A DNA stretch of 64,000 nt from an uncultured Planctomycetota bacterium (GTDB taxonomy: Bacteria; Planctomycetota; Brocadiia; CAIUPP01), in contig CAIUPP010000061.1 of the NCBI GenBank assembly GCA_903901045.1, positions 38,374 through 102,373 on the forward strand. Reading direction: 5' to 3'. The position numbers and the translations under genes were made by a program. The notes beneath the pieces are model-generated. The model was not told where the DNA came from, did no database searches, and saw only the letters and a list, made by a program, of their open reading frames with translations. Below, piece by piece: positions 54,382-62,885 of this stretch; positions within the stretch are counted from its first letter, which is position 1, and each line of letters opens with the position of its first letter.

Positions 54382-55941
54382 TCAAGTGAAATTTAACATG
54401 TTTTTTGCGCCCACTGCCGCCAGCAGCGCGAGCGCTTTTTGCGCCGTTTCGTCGAACTCCGCCTCCGGCCGGCTGTCGGCGACGATGCCGCCCCCGGCCT
54501 GCAGCCAGACCTTGCCTTCGACGGTCAGGATCGTGCGGATGGCGACGCTCATCTCCAGCGCGCCGTCGAACCCCAGGAAGCCGACCGCGCCGGTGTACAC
54601 GGAGCGGGCGGTCGGCTCCAGCTCGTCGATGATCTGCATCGCCCGGACTTTGGGCGCGCCGGTGATGGAGCCGCAGGGGAAGGTCGCGCGCAGCAGATCC
54701 ACCCGGTCGCGGTCGCCGTGGAGTTCCCCCGAGACGGTGGCGACCAGATGATGAACCGTGGGATAGCTCTCCAGGCGCCGCGCCTCCTCCACCCGCACCG
54801 AGCCGTAGGAGCAGACGCGCCCGAGGTCGTTGCGTTCCAGGTCCACGATCATCGCCAGTTCGGCGTTGTCCTTTTCGCTGAGCAGAAGCTCCTGCGCGAG
54901 CGCGCGGTCCTCCTGCGCCGAGACGCCGCGCGGGCGCGTTCCCTTGATCGGCCGCGTCTCCACGCGCCCCCCGCGCAACGAGAGAAACCGCTCCGGCGAG
55001 GCGCTGACCACGGCACGCCCTCCCCCCAAGTCCAGATACGCCGCCATCGGCGCAGGGTTGATCCGGCGCAGCCGCAGATAGAGTTCCCACGGGGGCAGCG
55101 CGCAGGCCGCCTCGAATCGGCGCGAGAGGTTCACTTGGAAAATATCGCCCGCCGCGACGTACTCGATGCACCGCGCCACCGCCCGGAGATATTCCGCGCG
55201 CGAGAAGTTGCAGCGCAACTCCCCCGCAATGCCGGACGAGGCGAATAGCGAATTGCGAATAATGGGGTCGGGCTGCTTTTCGCCGTGGCGAAAAGATGCC
55301 TGACCCCATTTCGTCTTCGCCCAGGCGGATTCCGCCGTGGGGGCAAGGCATGCCCCGCCCCTGCCCGCGACGCCAGGAGCCGTCGCCGGCAGAACGCCGG
55401 TCAGCCGCTCCGCCAGTTCCCCCGCCGCCCGCGCCGCGTTGCGCCCGCCCGCCGCGCACCCCACCGCCCACGCCCGCTGCTCCTGCAGGTCGTACACAAT
55501 GGCGGCATCGTGGAACGCCAGGTGCGATTCCGGCAGGGGGATATCCGCGAGGGCGCGCCTCGGCAATTGCTCGATGAAATGGCAGAGGTCGTACCCCAGG
55601 TATCCCACCGCGCCGCCGAGAAACGGCGTCTCCGGGTGCGGAGGAAAAGTGCGCTCGTTCAGCAGCCGGCGCATTTCGCGGAAGGGATCCTCTTCCACGC
55701 GGCGCTCACCCGCCGCAGCGCGCAGAAGAAGGCTCCGGCCGGCGGACTGCATCACGCGATACGGGCGGCAGCCCAGGAGGCTGTATCGCGCCAGTCCGGG
55801 CATCGGCAGCGCGCTGTCCAGAAAGAACGCCCCCTCCTCGCGCGCCAGAAGGCGGAACGCCTCCTCGGGAGCGGGAGGATGGGGCAGCGGAACGACGCAA
55901 ACCGGCGCAGGCATGACGCACCCCTCAAGAAGAACCGGCAA
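54382..55941 (-). CDS. aminodeoxychorismate/anthranilate synthase component I (PabB/TrpE family) with in-frame repeat insertion
   Basis: Chorismate-binding domain motifs (SPERFL, IKGTRPRG, TFPCGSITGAPK). A ~45-aa insert (...GRGGACLAPTAESAWAKTKWGQASFRHGEKQPDPII...) is encoded by family-1 and family-2 palindromes. Confidence 0.85.
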   Translation of the reverse strand: MPVLLEGCVMPAPVCVVPLPHPPAPEEAFRLLAREEGAFFLDSALPMPGLARYSLLGCRPYRVMQSAGRSLLLRAAAGERRVEEDPFREMRRLLNERTFPPHPETPFLGGAVGYLGYDLCHFIEQLPRRALADIPLPESHLAFHDAAIVYDLQEQRAWAVGCAAGGRNAARAAGELAERLTGVLPATAPGVAGRGGACLAPTAESAWAKTKWGQASFRHGEKQPDPIIRNSLFASSGIAGELRCNFSRAEYLRAVARCIEYVAAGDIFQVNLSRRFEAACALPPWELYLRLRRINPAPMAAYLDLGGGRAVVSASPERFLSLRGGRVETRPIKGTRPRGVSAQEDRALAQELLLSEKDNAELAMIVDLERNDLGRVCSYGSVRVEEARRLESYPTVHHLVATVSGELHGDRDRVDLLRATFPCGSITGAPKVRAMQIIDELEPTARSVYTGAVGFLGFDGALEMSVAIRTILTVEGKVWLQAGGGIVADSRPEAEFDETAQKALALLAAVGAKNMLNFT

Positions 55942-56217
55942 ATGGTAGCGGATGTGCGCCTCCGCCGCAAGGAAGGCGGAGCGGGTTCTTTGCCCGGCCC
56001 GCTCGTTGTTTCCGGATCAAGCGCGCTGGGACAGCGCGCTCCACCATGCCACCGTCGCGTCCGATCTGCGGACTCGCACGTAGGCACGGGCTTTAGCCCG
56101 TGCGCCTGTGGGCGGGCGAGGGCCCGCCCCTACGCGCCAATGCGCCCCCCCCCCGCATGCTTGCATCCTCCGCCGCGCGGCGGTATCGTGTCGGCGGTTC
56201 AACAGAGCGAGGGCTCC

Positions 56218-56625
56218 ATGCACATCCACGAGACGACGATCCGCGTCCTGTACGCCCACACCGACAAAGCGGGGGTGGTCTATTACGCGAACTACCTTCA
56301 GTTCTTCGAGACCGGGCGGACGGAGTACCTGCGCGCGCTGGGGAAGAGCTATGCCGACTTCGAGCGCGACGGAATCATTCTCACCGTCACCGAGGCCGCG
56401 CTCAAGTACCATCGCCCCGCGGTCTATGACGACCTGCTCGCCATCCGCACCCGCGTCACGCGCATCCGGCGCACGCGAATGGATTTTCTCTATGAAGTGC
56501 GCAACGCCGCCGGGGAGCTGCTGTGCGAGGGGAGCACCGTGCTGGGTTGCCTGGATACGACCACCAAGCGTCCGCGCGAACTGCCCGCCGATCTGGTGGC
56601 GCTGGTGGGGGCGGTCGACGCGTAG
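56218..56625 (+). CDS. YbgC/4HBT-family acyl-CoA thioesterase
   Basis: 135 aa hot-dog fold with the VYYANYLQFFE motif. Confidence 0.8.
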   Translation: MHIHETTIRVLYAHTDKAGVVYYANYLQFFETGRTEYLRALGKSYADFERDGIILTVTEAALKYHRPAVYDDLLAIRTRVTRIRRTRMDFLYEVRNAAGELLCEGSTVLGCLDTTTKRPRELPADLVALVGAVDA

Positions 56626-56778
56626 GCACGGGAGGCCCGCAGGGGCAAGGCATCGGCCTGCCTTCCGACGAACGCGGGGGAGCTGGCCCGCGGAATGGTG
56701 GAGCGGGCTGTCCCAGCCCGCTCGTTGTTTCTGTCTGCAGCGCTGGGGACAGCGCGCACCACCACAGCGCACACGGCA

Positions 56779-57453
56779 TCATTTCGCCGGCGGATACTCC
56801 GTGCACAGCAGATGCACCGGCGGCTCATCCTCGACGATCTCCGGGAAGCGGCCGCGCGCATCGAAGAACCGGTTGTCCGCCTTGTCGTCGTTCACCGTGG
56901 AGACTTCCCCCAGCAGCACCGTGCTGCCGCGTCCGGTGAAGCGGTGATAGATGTGGTCGGTCAGGCAGATGCTCTCCCCCGGCTTCAGCACCACCGCCTC
57001 GCCCGCTTTCAGCACGCGCCGGACGCCGTCCACCGAGACGGCGACGTCGGTCTTGGCCAGCGCCTCGCCCTTGGTGGCGTTGTGCAACTCGATGGCGATA
57101 TCCCCCCCCGCGCGGTTGATGATGTCCTCCGCCTTGTGCCAATGGAAATGCATGGGGGTCTGCTGGCCGACCTGCTGGATGAGGATTTTCTCGCAATAGG
57201 TCTTGGGGTAGCGCCGGTCGGTCGAGTGGCCGTTGCGGATGGTGAACAGCACCAGCCCCACCTTGCTGAAATCGCCCGAGCCCATGTCGGAGACGTCCCA
57301 GCCGAGCAGGCAGTCGCGAATCTCGTCCGCCTCATGCCCCTTCTTGCGCCATTCCTGCGGCGTCCAGAGGGCGAACGGGGGAAGGCGAAAGTTCTGCTGC
57401 GCGAGGAATTTCTTGGCCGACACGATGTTGGCGTTGATCTCGGAGCGTTTCAT
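56779..57453 (-). CDS. cupin-fold sugar ketol-isomerase (D-lyxose/D-mannose isomerase-like)
   Basis: Cupin metal-site residues HFHWHKAED...H. Family call is from memory of PF07385-type proteins. Confidence 0.45.
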   Translation of the reverse strand: MKRSEINANIVSAKKFLAQQNFRLPPFALWTPQEWRKKGHEADEIRDCLLGWDVSDMGSGDFSKVGLVLFTIRNGHSTDRRYPKTYCEKILIQQVGQQTPMHFHWHKAEDIINRAGGDIAIELHNATKGEALAKTDVAVSVDGVRRVLKAGEAVVLKPGESICLTDHIYHRFTGRGSTVLLGEVSTVNDDKADNRFFDARGRFPEIVEDEPPVHLLCTEYPPAK

Positions 57454-57646
57454 AATAGTCTCCCAGAAAAAGAACAAGTGGATACATATGCTACCGGAAA
57501 TGGGCGGCATAGTGTACTGACGAAAAGAATATCAAGGTGTGTCCCCAACAAACTCTCCCGCAGGCGGATTCGAAAGATGTCTGCACTGCCACAACCTCAT
57601 AGCGTAGCTTGGGTTATGCGCGGCGGCCTGGTTTGTGTTGACAAGA

Positions 57647-59323
57647 TTATGTGCCAGGAGCCGATGATTCGGCGCCACTTGGCACAAAAAGGTATTTGCG
57701 GCCACGACGCTGACCCGCAAAACAGATGGCCCCTTCCGCGGCCAGTTCCGCCAGCATTCGCTGCACTCGTCGTCGAGGGATTTCCAGGCCGATCCGCTCA
57801 TGGATGTCGCTGATAGCCGCTTCGCGGTATATTTCCAAGTCACGAAGCAACAGTTCACGAAGCCGGTGCTTCTCAATCCCACGAAGGGTGGTAGGTCCCC
57901 TGAACTCCAACCGTCGCAGGACATCGGGTTTCACATAATATGCCGTCGCCTTAGTGCGGCCCCGGGTAGACACCAAGCTCCAGTCTCGCAGCCGGCCGAT
58001 CCAGTCGCGCAGTTCTTCGGCGTTGCGGAGGGCAAGCATCTTGCCCAGTTCCACGGCGGTCAGCGACTCGTGTTGGGCAATCAGACCCAGCGCAATCAGT
58101 TCCTTCTGTGTTGGCTGGAAACTCTGGTCCGCCTTCGTCATGAAATCGATGACTCCGGCTTTGATAATCTGTTTCCGCACAACGACGGTCACCCTATCGT
58201 CGCCTTCCTTGACTTCCGGCGCAGGCCTGCCGCCGGCGAGAAGCAATTCATACATTCGGTCAAACCCGCTTCCTTCACGCTCCATTAGCTTCAGATCATA
58301 AAAGACTTTCGCCAAGTGGGGGTTGCGCTGGCTGGTTACGTGCAGAATGTTGTGAGGCGTAACACCGACGGGGAGCAGCCCGGGGCTATGCACCTCCAGC
58401 CGGTCCGGGTGTAGATTCAGGAAGATGTCCCCGCGTTGTGTGTACGGACGGTGTACCAATGCATTCGCCAGCAGTTCGCGAACGACCTCCTCCTCATAGT
58501 GAGGCACGGTCTTTCGGAACAAGCCCGCCGGCAATTCGTAGCTCTCCTTCCAATCGGGCACATCTCGCCAGACCAGTTCTATCATCTCCTTTGGGTTGAG
58601 GTCGTAACAGTCCCAGCCGTCCGAATACTTGCGCACCTTCTTGCCCTGTGCGTCGTATTTTATGCACTGAATAGCCGGAGCATGTAGCAGAGCCGCGCGG
58701 TCAGCGCGTCGTCCAATCCACAACACGCCCAGTTGCGTCAGACAACCTTCACGAGCAAAGAAGTAGTGCTCCAGCAGCTCTCGTTCGGCCTTGTTTTTTA
58801 CGAAATCGGTCACGCGGTCTGAGGCGCGGACTGATTCGACGAACGCCAGGAACTTTTCCGCATCGTACTGATTTGGGCGAAGCCGCCGGACCGGCTGGAG
58901 TTCCCACACAAATGAGTTACGGTCCGCCATGAGACGCGTAAGGTCATCGCCGCGAAGGGGGTGCGTCTCGTCAGAGACCCGAATATAGAAGCGGCCGTCT
59001 GACGTGGAGGCGACGCTTTGCTGGTTGCGGTGGATGGTGATTTCCACGTATTCGCCGCCATGGCTGGCCGTCTTCTTTACCGCCACGACGCCAACGTTTG
59101 TGGTTGTCTGCATAATGCGCTTGCGGATCCTCTCCAGCAGGTCGTCCGCTACGTGTTGTTCCGCGGGCGGCCCCTCCCTGCCGTCTTCAATGCCGAGAAG
59201 AATGCAGCCGCCAGCCGCATTGGCAAACCCCACACAATCAGCCGCGAGCTTGGCCGCATCCTCATGCTTGCCCAAGGCATAGTGGATGGACTTGCACTCG
59301 AAAACCTGCCCTTCGCCGCTCAT
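57647..59323 (-). CDS. AlbA_2 DNA-binding + HATPase-like domain regulator (COG2865 'RecG-C-terminal-like' transcriptional regulator)
   Basis: N-terminal FECKSIHYALGKHEDAAKLAADCVGFANAAGGCILLGIEDG is an AlbA_2 (Schlafen-like) divergent AAA motif. There is a C-terminal wHTH. Confidence 0.6.
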   Translation of the reverse strand: MSGEGQVFECKSIHYALGKHEDAAKLAADCVGFANAAGGCILLGIEDGREGPPAEQHVADDLLERIRKRIMQTTTNVGVVAVKKTASHGGEYVEITIHRNQQSVASTSDGRFYIRVSDETHPLRGDDLTRLMADRNSFVWELQPVRRLRPNQYDAEKFLAFVESVRASDRVTDFVKNKAERELLEHYFFAREGCLTQLGVLWIGRRADRAALLHAPAIQCIKYDAQGKKVRKYSDGWDCYDLNPKEMIELVWRDVPDWKESYELPAGLFRKTVPHYEEEVVRELLANALVHRPYTQRGDIFLNLHPDRLEVHSPGLLPVGVTPHNILHVTSQRNPHLAKVFYDLKLMEREGSGFDRMYELLLAGGRPAPEVKEGDDRVTVVVRKQIIKAGVIDFMTKADQSFQPTQKELIALGLIAQHESLTAVELGKMLALRNAEELRDWIGRLRDWSLVSTRGRTKATAYYVKPDVLRRLEFRGPTTLRGIEKHRLRELLLRDLEIYREAAISDIHERIGLEIPRRRVQRMLAELAAEGAICFAGQRRGRKYLFVPSGAESSAPGT

Positions 59324-59538
59324 ATTTTCATCTCCCCACGCGCGAGACATAACCGCGACAAATGGCGTGCTTTAGACCCTTCACGAACAAAGCGTACATA
59401 TCCCATATGGCGGCGTCAAATTATTGCGGTACATAGGCAGGCCGCGCCGAAGCCCCGCCCCCTTGCAAAACCGCGCATCGGCTGGTACAGTTCGACGGTG
59501 TGCCGCAAGACCGCGTTTCCCCATGAGGATGGAGCAAA

Positions 59539-60456
59539 ATGAAGGGCCGCCCCCAGGATTTCATGCGCGTCGGGATGATCCATTTCATGGCCTATCCGCA
59601 GGCCATGAAGCCGGGCGGGCCGGTCGTCGAGACGCTGCAAGCGCTCTGCGCGGATGACTATTTCAGCCTGGTCGAGGTGACGCGCATCCCCGATGCGGCG
59701 ACGCGCGCGCGCGCCATCGCGGCGGTGAGCAAGGCGGGCCGGGAGGCGCTCTTCGGCGCGCAGCCGGCGCTGCTGGCGGGGAAGCACGATCTGAACAGCC
59801 CCGACGTGCGCGCGCGCCAGGCGGCGGTGGACGCCGCGCGCGCCTGCCTCGCCGAGGCGGTCGAGTGGAAGGCGCAGGGGCTGGCCCTCCTGAGCGGCCC
59901 GGTGCCTGCGCCGGAGCAGCGCGCCGCCGCGCGCTCCTGGCTGGTCGCTTCGCTCAAGGAGTTGTGCGAGTTCAGCCGGCGGCAGGGGAATATCCCCATC
60001 CTGCTGGAGGTCTTCGACCAGCTTCCCTTCGGCAAGAATTGCCTGATCGGCCCCACCTCGGAAGCCGTCGCGGTCGCCCGGCATGTCACGGGGTTCTACC
60101 CCGCGTTCGGCCTGCTGCTGGACTTGAGCCACCTCCCGCTGCAGGGGGAGAGCGCGGCGCAGGCGCTCGGCGCCGCCGCCCCGTTCCTGAAGCACGTCCA
60201 TATCGGCAACTGCGTCATGCGCGACAGCGCGCACCCGGCGTACGGCGACAACCATCCCCTCTTCGGCTGCCCCGGCGGGGAGAACGGCGTTGAGGAGCTG
60301 GCGCTGTTCCTGCGCGAGCTTTTCAAGATCGGCTACCTGCGCGAGGGGGCGCGCGCCGCCGTGTCCTTCGAGATCAAACCGTACGGCGACCAGACCAGCG
60401 AGCAGGTGCTGGCCAACGCCAAAGAGACGCTCGACGCGGCCTGGAAGCGGGTGTAG
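59539..60456 (+). CDS. xylose-isomerase-like TIM-barrel sugar phosphate isomerase/epimerase
   Basis: 305 aa with AP_endonuc_2-type barrel. Confidence 0.7.
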   Translation: MKGRPQDFMRVGMIHFMAYPQAMKPGGPVVETLQALCADDYFSLVEVTRIPDAATRARAIAAVSKAGREALFGAQPALLAGKHDLNSPDVRARQAAVDAARACLAEAVEWKAQGLALLSGPVPAPEQRAAARSWLVASLKELCEFSRRQGNIPILLEVFDQLPFGKNCLIGPTSEAVAVARHVTGFYPAFGLLLDLSHLPLQGESAAQALGAAAPFLKHVHIGNCVMRDSAHPAYGDNHPLFGCPGGENGVEELALFLRELFKIGYLREGARAAVSFEIKPYGDQTSEQVLANAKETLDAAWKRV

Positions 60457-60516
60457 CTCGGAAACCATGGAACCATCCTCCCTTGGCGGCATCCAACCTA
60501 TTGCAGGGGTTCGGCG

Positions 60517-61152
60517 TTGAGCAGTGACACGGAGAACCGGACAGGTCGCGGCGACGCGGAGCTTCTGGAGGCTTCGCGCGGCGGGGACTCGGAGGCGTTC
60601 GGCGCGCTGGTGCTGCGCCACCAGGACCGGCTGTATCAACTGGCCTACCGCCTCAGCGGCAACGAAGCGGAGGCCTGGGAGATCGCGCAGGAGAGTTTTC
60701 TGAAAGCGTACCGCGCGCTGGCTTCGTTCCGAGGCGAGAGCGCCTTCTTCACCTGGATTTACCGGATCGCCCTCAACGAACATCGCAGCCGGCAGCGGTT
60801 CCGGGCGGTTCGCCCGAGGGAGAGGAGCCTGGAAGCGGCGGGGCGCGGGAATGCCGAGGAGGAACGCGCCGGACTGAAGGACCAATTGGCCTCGGACGGG
60901 CCGGACCCCTCCGAGGAGGCGGGTCGCGCCGAGCGCAAGGCGCTGGTCGAGCAGGCGCTGGCGCGCATGGAAGAGGAACAGCGCGCGATTATCGTGCTGC
61001 GCGACATCGATGGGCGCGACTACGAGGAAATCGCGGAGATTCTGGGCTGCCCGCGCGGCACGGTGAAATCGCGGCTGCACCGGGCGCGGCTGTCGCTCAA
61101 GGAATTGCTGTCGGGGGCGTTGAAGTCGGAGACACGGGAAGGATTCGCATGA
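60517..61152 (+). CDS. ECF-subfamily RNA polymerase sigma-70 factor
   Basis: TTG start. Region 2 (FGALVLRHQDRLYQLAYRLSG...FLKAY) and region 4 (ILGCPRGTVKSRLHRAR). Confidence 0.85.
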   Translation: MSSDTENRTGRGDAELLEASRGGDSEAFGALVLRHQDRLYQLAYRLSGNEAEAWEIAQESFLKAYRALASFRGESAFFTWIYRIALNEHRSRQRFRAVRPRERSLEAAGRGNAEEERAGLKDQLASDGPDPSEEAGRAERKALVEQALARMEEEQRAIIVLRDIDGRDYEEIAEILGCPRGTVKSRLHRARLSLKELLSGALKSETREGFA

Positions 61153-62411
61153 TGCGTTGCGCGCGAGCACAGGAAGAGCTATCCGCCTATCTGGACGAGG
61201 AGTTGACCGCCCAGGAGAAGGCGGAACTGCGCGCACATCTGGACGGCTGCGCCGCGTGCCGCGCGGAGCTGGAAGCGCTGCGCGCGACGGTGGACTCGGT
61301 GCGCGCGCTGCCGCGCACCCCCGCGCCGGCGGGATTCCGCGACGGCGTCATGGCGAAGCTGAAAGAGGCCCCCGCCCCCGCCGCCGGCGGGACAGGCCAG
61401 CCCGCGCCCTCCTTCCGCGCCCCCCTCTGGCGCAGGCTCTGGCCGGTCGCCGCGGCGATCGTGGTGGCGCTGATGATCAGTTTGTTCTATCCGACGCCGC
61501 GCCCCGCCCACCTGAGCGCGCGCAGCCTCGCGAAGCGCGGCGAGCCGGTGGCGCGGGACACCCAGTTCGACAAGATGGAGGCCGCGAAGGATGAGGGGGC
61601 GATGGGCAAGGGTATCGCTGCCGCGCCCGCCGCCGCCCCGGCCGCGACGGCGGCTCCGGCAGGAGAGAAAGAGGTGGCGCTGGCGGAGCGCGCCGGCAGC
61701 GACGCTGAGAACGCCGCCATCGGCAAGGCGGGGCCGCCCGTCGCGCTGAAGAAGGACAGCGACCACTTCCTGGCGAAAGGCGCCGCCGCCTCCACGGGCG
61801 TCGTGTCGAACGCCATCGAAGATTACTCGATGGCGAAGACGCCCGCGGTTGCGGACCAGCGGCTGGCCGGAGCCGGCGCGCCGGTGGAAATCGTGATCGC
61901 CTCCGCCGACCCGGATTACGCGCGGCAGGTGGCGCGCGATCTGCTTGAGAAACGCGGCTGGCTCGCGCGGGCGGATGTGGCGGCGGCCAAGGGCGGAGCC
62001 ATGGCGAAAGCCGCCCCGCCGCGGGCGAATCAGACGATTCAATTGAACCTGCTGCCCGATCAGGTGGCGCTGCTGCGCGAGGATTTGAAGCGCGCGGGTT
62101 TAGTCATGGCGGACCAGGCGGGGGCCGCTCCGCGCGATCAGGCGGTGCAGAACCTCGCCGCCGCGGTCAAACTGGAAGAGGAGAAGCAGGTCGCCACCCG
62201 GCAGGCCGCACCCGCCGCCCCGGCCACCCAGCAGATGACGCAACAACGTTCCCCCGACCTCGCGGTGCAGTCGGAAAGCGCTCAGTCCCAGCGCGCCGCG
62301 ACGGTGCCGGTGCCGGTGCTCCTGAAATTTGTCGCAGTGCAAGCCCTTCCCGCGCAAGACGCGGATATGAATCAGGCCACCCCCAACCCGCCTCCCGCGC
62401 AGGCGAAGTAG
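61149..62411 (+). CDS. zf-HC2 anti-sigma factor with TM helix and Ala-rich periplasmic region
   Basis: ATGA overlap with the sigma gene. Motif CARAQEELSAYLDEEL...HLDGCAACRAEL. TM helix LWPVAAAIVVALMISLF. Confidence 0.65.
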   Translation: MMRCARAQEELSAYLDEELTAQEKAELRAHLDGCAACRAELEALRATVDSVRALPRTPAPAGFRDGVMAKLKEAPAPAAGGTGQPAPSFRAPLWRRLWPVAAAIVVALMISLFYPTPRPAHLSARSLAKRGEPVARDTQFDKMEAAKDEGAMGKGIAAAPAAAPAATAAPAGEKEVALAERAGSDAENAAIGKAGPPVALKKDSDHFLAKGAAASTGVVSNAIEDYSMAKTPAVADQRLAGAGAPVEIVIASADPDYARQVARDLLEKRGWLARADVAAAKGGAMAKAAPPRANQTIQLNLLPDQVALLREDLKRAGLVMADQAGAAPRDQAVQNLAAAVKLEEEKQVATRQAAPAAPATQQMTQQRSPDLAVQSESAQSQRAATVPVPVLLKFVAVQALPAQDADMNQATPNPPPAQAK

Positions 62412-62501
62412 GACCGCGCGATAGTCCCATCCCGAACCTTGCGAAGGTTCGTCTAATCCTTCGCAAGGCAGTCCCACGGCGCAGCCACCCCGCCCTTGGC
62501 A

Positions 62502-62642
62502 GTGTATCACTTACGCGCGAAGTCATTCTGAGCGCAGCGAAGAATCTCTCTTTAGATGAACGGTTAGCGCTCCGAAAGACCCTTCGCTGCGCTCAGGGTG
62601 ACAAAGGGGCAAGCCGTCCCGCGCGTATGTGATACACCGCCC
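62502..62642. repeat. nested inverted-repeat structure upstream of tRNA-Phe
   Basis: Outer arms GTGTATCACTTACGCGCG (62502) and CGCGCGTATGTGATACAC (62622). Inner arms GTCATTCTGAGCGCAGCGAAG (62524) and CTTCGCTGCGCTCAGGGTGAC (62581). Confidence 0.6.
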
Positions 62643-62704
62643 CGCCCCTCTCTGGCTTGAACTTTCGCGGGCGGCATGATAAATTCAAGAGCCTGAGGCT
62701 TGAT

Positions 62705-62780
62705 GGACGGGTAGCTCAGCTGGTAGAGCACAGGACTGAAAATCCTGGTGTCGGCGGTTCGATCCCGCCCCCGTCCACCA
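62705..62780 (+). tRNA. tRNA-Phe (anticodon GAA)
   Basis: 76 nt. Acceptor stem GGACGGG/CCCGTCC. Anticodon loop CTGAAAA. T-loop GGTTCGATCC. Encoded CCA. Confidence 0.85.
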
Positions 62781-62885
62781 TCTCCAGCGCCAGCCGCCTC
62801 CCACCGAGTTGCGCCTGCTAAGTTGTTTTGCTCTTCCGACGGCGCACGCGCCGCCGGATGGATGTTCTTTACAAAGGAGCCGGCA

